A DNA stretch of 64,000 nt from Selaginella moellendorffii (lineage: Eukaryota; Plantae; Lycopodiophyta), in NCBI RefSeq assembly GCF_000143415.4, contig NW_003314296.1:1024930-1088929 (forward strand), in the 5' to 3' direction. Within the stretch, counting starts at the first letter, position 1. Every line of letters starts with the position of its first letter. Below the pieces are notes generated by a model. The model did not search any database and was not told the origin of the DNA. It worked only from the letters and a program-made list of their open reading frames with translations. Below, one piece after another: positions 23,050 through 34,600 of the stretch. Made by a program: the position numbers and the translations under genes.

Positions 23050-24231
23050 ATGTTGGCCGGGCTGCGCGTTTGCCTCACCTTTTTGTTTCCTGAGAGTTTC
23101 GAGTGTGAGGAGCTACCTGACGAGTGCGTCTGCCGGATCTTGGCATGGCTCCCCATTCCAGACCTTGTCCGCTGCAAGCTTGTATGCAAGCGCTGGAAGT
23201 CACTCATTGACGATGCCACTCGCTGGAGAAGCTTGCCGCGGTTGCATGAGTCGTGGTTTGTAGACAATAGTTCCGTTCTCTGTCGTATCTTGGCAACTAG
23301 TAATTCTCCCCACAGCGCTCGCCATCTTAAGTTGCCCTTGCTCTTGAAGAATAGAGGTCCTTGGGGTGAAGGACGCTGCAGGCTTAGGATATTTGCCGAC
23401 TCGTCCTGCGGCCTGGTGTGTGGCTATTTTGTGAATCTCCAGAGACACCACCTTCCCTATTACATGGTTGGGAATCCGATCACCGGGAAGTGGTGTTGCC
23501 TCCCCAAGCTCCCGGTGAACGAGGTCTCGAGGAAAGAGGGGAAACTGCTTGTGGATCCATGCACAGGGTACTTCAAGGTCCTGGTGTTTCTCCTTGCAGA
23601 TTTTGATCACTACTGGCTATTCAATTCGCTCAGTAGGGAGTGGCGGCACTGCCAGTTTACAAGCAAGAAGAGCATTGATGATCTCGCTGCGGATGACAAG
23701 GGACCATGGCTCGGATCCAGTATGTTTGGATTACCTAACAGGCACTCGCTAAAGGTCACTGATGGTCGGGTTGATCTTCTTTACGTGGCTGTGTTTGATC
23801 AGGTTTCAGGTTGCTATGACAGGGTCAAGGTGAAGTTTCCAAGCAATCTTTTCTGTTGTGGGCTGCCTTGTATTGTAGATTACAATGGGAAGTGGATTCT
23901 TGTTTCGTCAGCTATAAGTGGTGGTCATAAGGTGTCTGCTGCTGCATGGGAACTCGACAGGGAGACAACAGATTGGAAACTTTTGAGTGAGGTTTACATG
24001 GGTGACTTGGTGAGGAATGGCGCTCTTGAGTTTGAGTATTTTCTTGTCAAGCATTCCGTTGTTGTGCGACCAAGTATGTTATCAGTCTCTCCACCGATGG
24101 CCTTCTTCTTCAAGAATAATTCATGGAGTATCTGCAGCAAGTATAACTATAAGACGGCCTTCACGCTCACACCAGATTTATTTTCAAAGCCTAGAATTTT
24201 TTATCAGCGTCGTAGAAACATAGAACCATAG
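23050..24231 (+). CDS. F-box protein with FBA/kelch-like C-terminal region, intronless
   Basis: LPDECVCRILAWLPIPDLVRCKLVCKRWKSLI F-box motif; SSCGLVC and VGNPITGKWCCLP typical of plant F-box-associated repeats. Confidence 0.88.
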   Translation: MLAGLRVCLTFLFPESFECEELPDECVCRILAWLPIPDLVRCKLVCKRWKSLIDDATRWRSLPRLHESWFVDNSSVLCRILATSNSPHSARHLKLPLLLKNRGPWGEGRCRLRIFADSSCGLVCGYFVNLQRHHLPYYMVGNPITGKWCCLPKLPVNEVSRKEGKLLVDPCTGYFKVLVFLLADFDHYWLFNSLSREWRHCQFTSKKSIDDLAADDKGPWLGSSMFGLPNRHSLKVTDGRVDLLYVAVFDQVSGCYDRVKVKFPSNLFCCGLPCIVDYNGKWILVSSAISGGHKVSAAAWELDRETTDWKLLSEVYMGDLVRNGALEFEYFLVKHSVVVRPSMLSVSPPMAFFFKNNSWSICSKYNYKTAFTLTPDLFSKPRIFYQRRRNIEP

Positions 24232-24399
24232 AAACATGAGTTTCGGACACGTTATCCAAGCTTGCTGTCAATAAAGAAATGCGATGGCAGGCGGATCCAC
24301 CGTCTCATCGGGCCTCTGATACAATCACTTTGTCTCCAATCTTCTTTACAGATGTACGAGATATCAACGACCTTCGGGTAAGAATCCAGCAGCTTAATT

Positions 24400-24620
24400 G
24401 CCAGCATGGTGTCGAGTTCCGTGTCGAAAACACGGAACTTACAGCCCCACTGGTCGTGTAAGCTGTGCGAATCCTCGAGCGACTTCAGTTGTTCCTTCTC
24501 GGCAAGGTTTTGCTGCGAGGAGAGTGACGTGACCGCCGAAGAGCCTCAGCCTTGGATCATTTGCGAATAAAGCTCGAGTGCCTTCTCGGCTTCTTGCCTT
24601 TGCCATCTCCTTTGCTACCG
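24400..24620 (-). pseudogene. Possible PPR remnant
   Basis: EAEKALELYSQMIQG...LAEKEQLKSLE resembles a PLS-PPR helix; stops and deletions. Confidence 0.4.
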
Positions 24621-25059
24621 AGACTCAATAACAACAACCAAAGTCGCTGCGCTCGGAACTGATGGAGCCGATTCTTCGTCTCCATTCTGTGCATGATAGC
24701 CATCCTACTATGGTGCAAGGACTTTGCACCGAATCCGCCAATCTCCCATAAAAGTCCACCAGCCTGGAAAGCAAAAGCTTGTAAGATCTTATGGTGGCTT
24801 ACATCCTCTGCTTGTTCCGGAGCTCACGTTGACAATCCGAGCTCCGTGAGATGGCAAACTCTGTTAACTTTTGAACTGAGAGGTAGTTCGTGTCAATGAC
24901 GGCTTTGGAGTTCTCCAAGTTTGTAAGAACCCCCGAGATTTCCACCTATACAGTGGATCAAACTAAGCATTGAGCTCATGAGCTTGTTCAGGATCAGGAT
25001 CTTAATCTTGCCAGATGGCCTGCATTGATCGGTCTGTCTGGAAGTATAGACAGGCAAGT

Positions 25060-25490
25060 CATTTTCTCCAGGAAGTTGATCATGATACGAGATTGTAGAT
25101 AGCCTTCACAAAGAATGTGTGGAGCTCTGGCAAAACTTCCGCTTTCGAGAACAAATCCACGACAACACCTGGACAAGAATCGTAGCTTCTGAGAAAAGAT
25201 GATAAAAGAATTTGCATCTCAAGGCACCTGCAAATCCTTCCTCCGGATCGTTAATGGCATCCGAAAAAGCGTTGAGCTCGGGGTGGAGCATTCACGATGG
25301 AGAATTGCAAGAGACTCACGATTTCATGTCATCGATCTCCAATGCTCGCTCGGCAGCAGTGATCGAGCAGCTCACTCTTGAAACAAAGAAGGTTTTCTAA
25401 GAAGAACACGAAAAGTTCTTACCAATCCGATAATTGTCTTCTGGAATGACCGGTGGAAGCGAGGAGAACTCATCCTAAAGAACAAACATG
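25060..25490 (-). pseudogene. Diverged third remnant of the methyltransferase gene
   Basis: DEFSSLPPVIP, AINDPEEGFAG and GVVVDLF-like segments in the same order as in the intact gene. Confidence 0.75.
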
Positions 25491-25817
25491 AGCTTAGACA
25501 AATTTTACCGGCAAGCATCGCACCGGAGTCTGGTTTTAGGGCTCTTGTTCTTTGGGTCTCTTCGATTCGATGTGGAATCCGAGCCGCCGAGGTGCAATCA
25601 CGCGACGCCGTGTATTTCTTGCGAAATCTCTCGTGTTTGTGCCAGGCACCGCTGGAGATTTTGTGGCGATGATCCGGCGGAGCGATCCAACCTCGACACG
25701 CCCCAATCCGTCGCTGACAACTCGAAATCCTCCCCGATCGAAGCTCCCGAGGCCGCATTTCCGCGAGAAATCCCGCACAGAGATGAGAGCTCGTACAGGG
25801 AAGAAAAATTTCTCCCG

Positions 25818-26090
25818 ATGAGGGACGAGCAAGGGTCGATGTTCTTGGTGGAGCGATTCGGGGGCGCCAGATTCCACGTCTGGAAGATGAGGATGCAAAT
25901 GCTGCTGGTGCTACACGATCCGTGGGGCGTGGTGAGCGGATCGGAGGCCCGGCCGGGAGAATCCGCGAGGAAGGAAGAACGCCTGGAGTTTGAGAAGACG
26001 GACGCGAGAGCGCGAGCGAATATGTTGCTCCATCTCGAGGACAGGCAGCTAATGCAGGTGTGGCATGGGATCTGGGATTTAGGGTTCTAG
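25818..26090 (+). CDS. Short ORF encoding only a Copia-type Gag N-terminal region (DUF4219/Retrotran_gag_2-like)
   Basis: ERFGGARFHVWKMRMQMLL..HDPWGVVSG...DARARANMLLHLEDRQL; no flanking LTR or pol. Confidence 0.65.
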   Translation: MRDEQGSMFLVERFGGARFHVWKMRMQMLLVLHDPWGVVSGSEARPGESARKEERLEFEKTDARARANMLLHLEDRQLMQVWHGIWDLGF

Positions 26091-26110
26091 CGGCCGGATA
26101 GATAGAAAGA

Positions 26111-27375
26111 ATGCTAGTGGCGCGTCCACAGCTAGCGCTTTGGCGCAGTGGTAGAGGCTGGAATTCTTCGTCGGTTCCAGCGAGAATTCTGGCCAGGGGA
26201 ACTCACGCATTGGGCGAGTACCATGGCACTATCCCGGAGGAGACCGTGAGCACTAGAATCGACGTGTGGCTCTCGGGTCAGCTCCCGCATACCAGTCGAG
26301 CTCGCGTCCAAGACAGCATTCGTAAGGGGCTTGCTCTTGTCAATGGGAAAACCATCACCAAGGTGCGCTTGGCTTTCTTCTAGCTCATTTGCACTTCACT
26401 TTCATGCTTTTTCTTCCATAGATGTTTTTTTCTTTGAGCTAAGCTTTGGATTTCTGGCAGCCTTCGTTTCCTGTCATTGGTGGTGACGAAGTTGTCTGTA
26501 CGCTCTGCGGTGCTGCTCCTTTGGAAGCTACCCCTGAGAGAATTCAGCTAGACATTGTTCATGAAGATGATCATGTGATTGTTGTCAACAAGGCTGCCGA
26601 TATGGTATGTAGTCGAGAGACTTTCGCTTTGGACCTGGCTAAAAACAAGTTTTCAGGATGAACAGTCCCAGCTGAGTTTGAGCGAGCAATTTAAATCTCG
26701 GAAAGTCCGAAGAACCTATCTGAGTCTTACGTGTGGTACACCTTCAACGACGAGCGGCCGCATTGAGGCTGAAATCCTTCGTGATCCGCGAGATAGGAAA
26801 CGCATGACGACGTCAGATACTGTTCCATCCGCCCGAAATGCGCGTTTTGCTGCAAGCAGGTATGGAGCAACGAGTTTCTTTTGTATCACCATTTCATTAT
26901 CATTTCAGGTACAAGGTTCTAGACGTTCTCGCAAATGGTGGTGTGGCTCTTGTTCAGTGGAAGCTGGAGACAGGGAGAACTCATCAAGTTCGTATTCTTT
27001 AATTTCAGGAGCTCTGATACTAAACTGAACCTTCCAGATAAGAGTTCATGCACGTTACATGGGTTTCCCGCTGCTTGGGGATGATGTGTATGGAGGAACA
27101 GTGGGAAAAGCGAATTCGACTCTATTTTCCGCTCTAAGCGCGACTAAAACGAACAGCCGAAAGAAGATTCACGAGTTCACATCGGACATTCGTCGCCCTT
27201 GTCTGCATGCCTATAGCCTCGGGTGAGGTTTCGTATAAGAAATTTGCGTGAGCTAATAAACGTTGTCAGGTTCGAGCACCCTGCCACAGAAAAGTACGTC
27301 CACTTCACATGTCCTCCTCCAGAAGACTTCGAGGAGGCATGGACAAGGCTCCGAGACATGAAACCGGAAGCATAA
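26111..27375 (+). CDS. RluA/RluD-family RNA pseudouridine synthase (S4 domain), missing the catalytic HRLD region; possibly a pseudogene
   Basis: RIDVWLS..SRARVQDSIRKGLALVNG (S4), DIVHEDDHVIVVNK, KLETGRTHQ|IRVH, GFPLLGDDVYGG, RPCLHAYSLG|FEHP; exons about 26111-26362, 26461-26604, 26657-26859, then three more. Confidence 0.85.
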
Positions 27376-27378
27376 CTT

Positions 27379-29779
27379 TCAGCGTTGGTGGCTTTGGACA
27401 ACACCGAAGCCTCTCTGGACCATATCATCTAGCAGCTCGCAAGCGTCCTCATCGCGATTGGCCTTACGAAACGCATCAATGAGAAGGTTATAAGTCCCGA
27501 TGTTTGGAACACAGCCCTTCTCTATATACCCGCGAGCTCGATCAAGCATACCAGCATTGCAAAGGCCAGTAATCAAATGTGGAATACGTTATAGAGTTTG
27601 GCAAGCACCCAGGCTCCTCCAGCATCTTTCTATACACTCGACAGGCCTCGTCGACTTTCTTCTCTCTGCAAAGGACATCGATAACAGTGGTATACATCAC
27701 CACGTCCGGGTTACAACGTCTTCTTCGGGCTTCTTCGACGAGCTCCATGGCTTCGCTGGACCGGTTAACTTTACACAGTCCCCGGATCATGATATTGAAC
27801 GAGACGACGTTGGGAGGACAGTCCATCTCCTCCAGCATGAACTTTCGGGCCTCCTCCAACTGGTTTACTCTGCAGTAGCCATCGAGGATGGTGTTATACG
27901 TATAGACTGTGGGTGAGCAGCTCTTCCTCCTCATTTCACCGAGGATATGCACAGCGTCACTCAGCCGGTTCTCTCGACAGAGCCCGTCCATCAAGCTCGT
28001 GAAAGTCACCACGTTCGGGGTGAGCCCCTTGCGGGTCATCTGGTTGAGAAGATCGTACGCATCGTCTAGCCTCGCCAGCTTGCAGAAGCCGTTCATGAGA
28101 GTGGTGTAAGTCACCACGTCCGGAGAGCTTCCAGTCTCGGCCATCCTCTCCAGCAGGTTCATCGCCTCGTCCATCTTTCCCATCCGACAGAAGCCGCTGA
28201 TGAGGGAGTTATAAGTCACCGTGTTCGGCATACAGCTGCCGCTCTTGATCATCCGGCCGAAGAGATCGATCGCCTCCTTGAGCCGGCCTTCCTTACAAAG
28301 TCCATCGATCAAGCACGAGTACGTGACAACGTCGGGGCGGAAGCCTCTGGCAACCAGCTGCTCGAAGACTCGGAGAGCATCATCCGACTTCTTTGACTTG
28401 CAGAAGCCGGTGATGAGCGTGGTATACGTGAAGATATCCGGGATGCAGCCGCTGTACACCATCTCCTCCAGGAGGTCGTAGGCCTCGCTCGCCCGCTCGG
28501 CCTTGCAGAGACCGCTTATCAGGCTGTTGTAAGTCACAGCCGTGGGGACTTCTTCCGCATCTTGGACAGCAGCGCCACAGCCTCGTCGACCCGGCCACCT
28601 TTGCAGAGCCCGTCGATGAGAACCGTGTACGTGACAACGTTTCGGTTGGCCATCTCTTCCAGAAACTTTCGAGCTTCGTGGAGCCGGTTCTCGACGCATA
28701 GGGCGTGGATGACGGCAGTGTAGGTGTAAACGTCCGGGTCGAAGCCTTTGGACACCATTTTCCCCAGGAAGATCAAGTCCTGCTCCAGCCGCTTCACCTT
28801 GCAGAGTCCCTGATCAGGCTGGTGTAGGTGACGAAATCCGCCGAGCAAGAGTTCGTTGCTACCATCTTCTCGTACACGGCCACGGCAGCATCCAGCTTCT
28901 TCCCTTTGCAGTACGAGGACACCACCAGATTGTGGAGCGGGACCCGGAACTTCTTCCTCGACTCGGTGACAAGCACCTCGGCGTCCTCGATCATCTTGGC
29001 CTTGCAAAGCGGACGAACGAGGAGATAGTAGCTCGTCACGTCCTCGGCAGCCATCTCTACCATCTTCCGGAACAGCAGCTTGGCATCGTCGAACCGGGCC
29101 TCCTTGCAGAGAGCGATGATCTTGGCATTGCACTCCGCGGTGTTGGGAGCCACACCTTTGCTCTTGAGATCGACGAGCACCTCGCAGGCCATCACGACGT
29201 TGCCAAAGCCGTGCAAGATGACCGCGAAAGTTGACGCGTTTGGGAGCTGCCAGGAGTCGACCATCTCGGACAGGAGCTCTCGGGCGCGATCGTAGAGGCA
29301 AGCCCGGAGGAGAACACGCAGGAAGCAGTTGTAGGTGTAGATGGAGTGGCCGTACCCGGGCCTATGCTGCGCGTACGTGAAGAAGAACACGGCATCGTCG
29401 ACGAACTTGAGAGCCTGGATGACTTTCCGACCATCTCCGGTGTGAGATCCCCGCTCCACGCGTCTAGAGCTTCGGCCTTGGAGGGATTGGGAGCCGTGGA
29501 GCGGAGGATGTGGAGGAGGCTCTCTACTTGGAGCAAGAGGTCGGGGAACTCGTCCGCGCCGGCCATTCGCCAGAGTCGATTTGGAGGCCTGAGCTTGTGC
29601 TTGCTCGAGTCGGGAGATGGAAACTCTTCGTGCGATGATGGCGATGGTGTTGCCGAGGCGACAAGAACTGCAGTGGAAGAATGGAATGTTCTTGCTCGAG
29701 AAGGGCGATGGAGATAAGATGAGACGAGATGAGGACGCGAAGATAAAGATGGATGGAGGGGGGCAGTGATAGCAGCCAT
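27379..29779 (-). pseudogene. P-class PPR gene with at least four frameshifts
   Basis: PPR repeats (PDVVTYSCLIDGLCKEG, PNTVTYNSLISGFC) spread over ORFs 29192-29779, 28794-29459, 28534-29301, 27542-28699 and 27379-27576. Confidence 0.88.
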
Positions 29780-29828
29780 GTACCTATGTCTGCCCGCCTG
29801 GAGCTACATTGAAGGAGTCCAAAATATT

Positions 29829-29892
29829 TGGCCCATGCAGGTCTCGAACCTGCGACCTTGGCGTTATTACTGACCAGCTGAGCTACTAGGCC
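29829..29892 (-). pseudogene. tRNA-Ile(AAT) pseudogene with a 10-nt deletion
   Basis: GGCCTAGTAGCTCAGCTGGTCAG|TAATAACGCCAAGGTCGCAGGTTCGAGACCTGCATGGGCCA lacks AGCGTGGTGC. Confidence 0.9.
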
Positions 29893-29918
29893 TTACAGAT
29901 TAATTAAAAATAATAACA

Positions 29919-30344
29919 TCACCCGTTAATTTTTGGCCTTACGTTGACTTTTAACGAGACGCTCTCGTCTTCTACTTTCCAATTCGTCAAGCTCATCGAG
30001 TTCATCCTCGCCGAGCTCGATTTGGCCATGGCTGGAGCTACATTAAAAGCCCTAGGTTCTTGGCCACAGCCAGCACCAAGGATCGATCCATAACTCCAGA
30101 AGCAGGGTTCTAGCCCGAGCCTAGCAGCCATTCTCTTTGCTCCTAAGGCGTGCAAGCTTTCCAGGGCATCGCCAAAGAATGCCTGCCAGCGCGCTCCGCC
30201 ACCTTCCCCACTGTGGCCGCTGCTGTCGTCCCCTTCCCCTCCGCTCCAGCTGCTCCAGCTGCTCCAGGCGCCGCCGCCCCAGCTGCCGCTGCCACTGCTG
30301 CCGTCGCTCCCGTCGCCCCCGCTGCTGCCGCCATTGCTTGCCAT
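29919..30344 (-). CDS. Hypothetical 141-aa protein with Gly/Ser/Trp-rich N-terminus
   Basis: ATG-initiated GC-rich ORF in a GCCATGG context; no recognised family. Confidence 0.4.
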   Translation of the reverse strand: MASNGGSSGGDGSDGSSGSGSWGGGAWSSWSSWSGGEGDDSSGHSGEGGGARWQAFFGDALESLHALGAKRMAARLGLEPCFWSYGSILGAGCGQEPRAFNVAPAMAKSSSARMNSMSLTNWKVEDESVSLKVNVRPKING

Positions 30345-30559
30345 GGCAAAAAAAAAAAAAAGGCTTTTGGCGGCAATGCACGATTTGAATTAACGACATG
30401 GTTTGTTTATTAACCAAATCATTAGCCACGTTGGATATTGCTGACTCGTACCAAAACAACTTCACGCCACGTGTCCTCTAGCGACGATGGTTTATCCGTC
30501 CGACCGAATTCCCTTAGAGCTCCTCGCGTGCAATCACCAGAAGCAAGCTTACATCTTCT

Positions 30560-30745
30560 TCAGGGGAAGAAAGCTTTCCACTCTGTGAAGTTCAAATAAA
30601 GCTTCCTCCAATTCACCTGACAGACAGGAAATCAAAGTCTTGGAAACGAGAGTTTATCATCGTCCTCGTCATGCCATCCCCAGGAGTTTGTTCTTCCACG
30701 TACTTGATCATGATCCTGGTAAGCCATGTCTCTGCCTGCGGAGAA
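30560..30745 (-). pseudogene. Fourth methyltransferase remnant
   Basis: cag|VNWRKL...EWKAFF and AETW...RIMI..VEEQ segments. Confidence 0.7.
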
Positions 30746-30809
30746 GCCATTGTCCTCAAATGGTGTCATTTCGTGCGGACAGATTTAACGGAGTCAAAGG
30801 CAGCAGCGC

Positions 30810-31150
30810 GGCCTCTTGTTTCCTGAGAGCTGGAATTACCGGATGAGTGCGTTTGCCAGATCTTTGGATCCCAAACCTTGTGCGTTAAGTGACGTTTCCC
30901 GATTCCTGCTACAATAGTTTTAGGCTGACCATCTGTCAAACGCTGCTGAGGCACCTGTGAAGCCGGTGGGGTTTCCTTGTACCGTCATAGCAAACGTCAC
31001 GTAAAGAAGATCAACCTGATCATCGCCTCTCAGTCGATGCAAACATACTAGATCCGACCCACATCTGCGGCGGGATCATCAATGCTCTTCTCGCTTGTAA
31101 ACTCGCAGTGCTGCCACTCCATACTGAGCGAATTGAAAAGCCAGTTGCTT
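30810..31150. pseudogene. Scrambled F-box remnant (5' piece on +, internal piece inverted)
   Basis: 30812-30870 matches about 23083-23150; about 30990-31145 is the reverse complement of about 23610-23800. Confidence 0.72.
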
Positions 31151-31629
31151 GAATTGGAGCATTCCAACTGCCTCGTTGCAACTTGATTGCAAGAGTGATC
31201 CACCCTATGAAAAGAACATTTCTAGGATAAGAAATTCGATGGCAGTTTCCGGAATGCATGATCTGTGCTTTAATACCCAGCAGAAACATTCAAGCTTGTC
31301 AATCCAACTTGACTACCATATTATTATTATAGCCACAAAAGATTTAAATTTGATGTAATTTTACAGTTCCACCATGACCAAATACAAATACTACCTTTAA
31401 GGGATTGGAAATGATCAGAAGAAATTCAAACGATTGGAAGTGAATGTCGTCTAGAGCGAGCTACATCATTTACTCCAGCTTGTCATGTGGAAGAAACTTT
31501 TAGGGACCAAGCAAGGCCTGTCCAAGTCAACAAATAAATATGTTTTTGAGAACTCCTGGCTTTACATTATAAACTTTAAAATATTAAGGTTATAATGAAC
31601 TTAATAATTTCATAACTCTCTATATATCT

Positions 31630-34600
31630 CAAACTCAATCTTGAACCTGACTTTGCACTCAGTTTCGGACTCAATCTCGGACTTGATCTCGAACCCGATC
31701 TCGGACCCAATTTTAGACTTTGTCTTGGACTCAATCTCGGACTCAGTCTTGGACCCGGTCTCGGATCTCGGACTCGTTCTCGAATTTGATCTCAGACTTG
31801 GTCTTGAACTTAGTCTCGGAGTCAGCCTCAGACTCGATCCCGGACTCTATCTCGAACTCAGTCTTAGAGATGGTCTTGGACTCGATCTCAGATGCAGTCT
31901 CATCCAATGAATTCTTTATCATTTTGGTCATGTCTTTGTGGATCCTTTAGCCTACGACACCTTGGGGAGTTGGTTCCTGAAAACTTCACCACCTATAGAA
32001 GAAGTTTGATGCCCACATTAAACATCTCTTTTTAATCTTACAACTTGTTGACCATATCTCCGAGGCCATCCCCCACTTAACAATCTGCCTAAGTTAGCCT
32101 TCTTGGCCAAGAGCCCATGACAATGAAATATAGATGTCTCTATACCCCTCACCTCAACACGTTTTAGTATGGGGTGGGGACTTGAACTCAACTTTGCTCT
32201 ACTAGGGGGTTGGGACTTGAACCCAACCTTTGTAGAATATGTCTACGGATTTGACATCCTTGTGGGGAATTAGGTGTAATTCCCTAGGCTTGGTCAACCT
32301 AGCTAACCCATGCTAATTAACTTATTTTCTACACGCCTTTAGGTCCCAACAAATGCCATTGCTCAATTTCACAAATTGATGCTTTAATTAAACTTTGCAT
32401 AAGTACATAGAGTTTTACCTTGCAAAAATTCCTCCACTAGGTTCTCCTCCAATTCCTATGTTGCCTCGTAGTGTGGAAATTTTTTCCACTTCACATGGAA
32501 CTCCCTCATTTCACATCCTTGTTATTTACTCTTACGCATATTAAGGATGGCCTTGACTTCATATTCCTCTTCCCCTTGGATAACCTCAGGTAAGGGTCTT
32601 ACTTGGTTCTTGCAAAGTGGATCTTCAAAGTACGGCTTGAGTAAATTCACATTGAACATAGAGTGCATTTTCCCCATTTCTCGAGGAAGTCAGAGGCAAT
32701 AAGCCACTTTACCAATTCGTGCCTCAATCTTGTAAGGCCCTACGAACCTACTTAAAGAATTCAAAATCAATTCATTTCCAGGAATACATGCATTTTTACC
32801 TTTGGGTCAATTTTCAGTTGATCCCCCTTGGTAGCTTTAGGTTCTTGGTGTTCAACCACACCTTCTCCCCAGGTTGGAACTCTACATCCTGGCACTTCTA
32901 ATTCGTATACTTGGTTTGCCTTTGTTAAGACTGTTCCAAGGAATCCCTCACTAGATTCCAAATGTTGAGTCTTTCTACCGTGAATGCCTCCACTATGGGT
33001 AACTCTCTATGATACTCGACTATGCTAAGTTCCATAGGATCTTTAATAGCTCGCTCATTGATGACTTCCCATGGACTCACCCCGATACTCAAGTATGGTG
33101 AGGTTTTATAGCACATTTCCACAAGTCCCAAATGACTTACCTAATCGGTCTGGTCTCCAGAAACATAGCATCATAGATAATCCTCTAGCTGCCTATTCAC
33201 CCTTTCCGTTTGTCCATCTGTCAAAAAGTGTTATTGCCATCAAACTTGACTTAATACCCAATACCTGTCTGTGGGTGATAAACTGTGCTGAATTTCAACT
33301 TGGTGCGATACTATTGCAAGAGTTCTTTCCAAGAGTTCTCTAGAACTTACTAGTGAAAATTTTATCTTGATTTGAGATAATCTCTTCTAGCTTTCCTCAC
33401 ACTCAAACCACTTGTTCGAAGAACAACTTCACCACACCTTCCACATCCACTTCTATTGTGGTAGGTATAAAATGTGCCATCTTCGAAAACTGGTCCACCA
33501 TCACGAATATCACATCAAACCCCTCGCTTCGGAGGAGTCCCGTGATGAAGGCCATTGTAAAACATTTCTAGGGACGATCTGGAATTGGAATGCTTTATAA
33601 CAAGCCCCCACTAACCTTAGTTATGGCTTTGACCTGCTAACATATTAAATATGTTTTTACATAGTCTTAGACGTCCTTAGCCATGTTTGGCGAGTGATAC
33701 TTCCTCTTGAGTAAGCCCATCGTCTTGGGCACTCCATTGTATCTCGCAAGAGGTTCATTATGACACTCTTCTAAGGCTCCCTTCCTTAGTTCCCTTTCTA
33801 GAACATACACCCTTGTTTGTTTACAATAGAAGAGTCCATTGTATTTCATATAACCTGTTTTCTCTTCCGTTGGCAACTCACCTCTTTGGTGAGCATCCCA
33901 TGCCTTTTAGTTCCTTAACAAAACTTCTTGTGCTAGACCATCATTCTCATATGCTGTCCGCACATCATCCCAAAAGGTTGTTGTCATGCTAGATATCACC
34001 AACTTCAAGCTTGCCTTTCGACTTAGAGCATCTGCCACGATGTTACTCTTATTAGGTTTATATAGAATCTTGCAATCGAACTCGGCCAAAGCATTGGCCC
34101 ACCAACTTGGTTTTCCTCTTAGGTCAGGCTGTGACAAGAAGTGTTTTGGTGCCATATTATCCGTGTAAGCTTTGAAGTGCCTCCTTGAGCACCTTGACCA
34201 CCACAAATAATTCCTTCTTGTGGGCAAGCCACTTTCATTGAGCCTTGTTCAACTTCTTCAAGAAGAATGCCACTGAATGATTGTATTATTTCAAAACTTC
34301 AACACAAAGTTTAAAGTGTCTATTTCTACTTTGAAGTCTTTACCAAAAGTCTGGTAATGCCAACATGGGAGTCTTTTTCAACTTTCGTTTGAGGTGGACA
34401 AATGCCATCTCATATTTCACTGTCCATACCATCTTCTCTTTTCCCGTTTGGTCCGTTAAGGGTAGGGCCACTCTCAAATAGTGTTTGATAAACTTTCGGT
34501 AATAGTTGCATAGAACCAAGAATGCCCTCAACTCATGTACATTTGACCCATCCTTGCTCACCACATGTCCAAGAAACTTTACCTTTTGTTGAGCAAAGTC

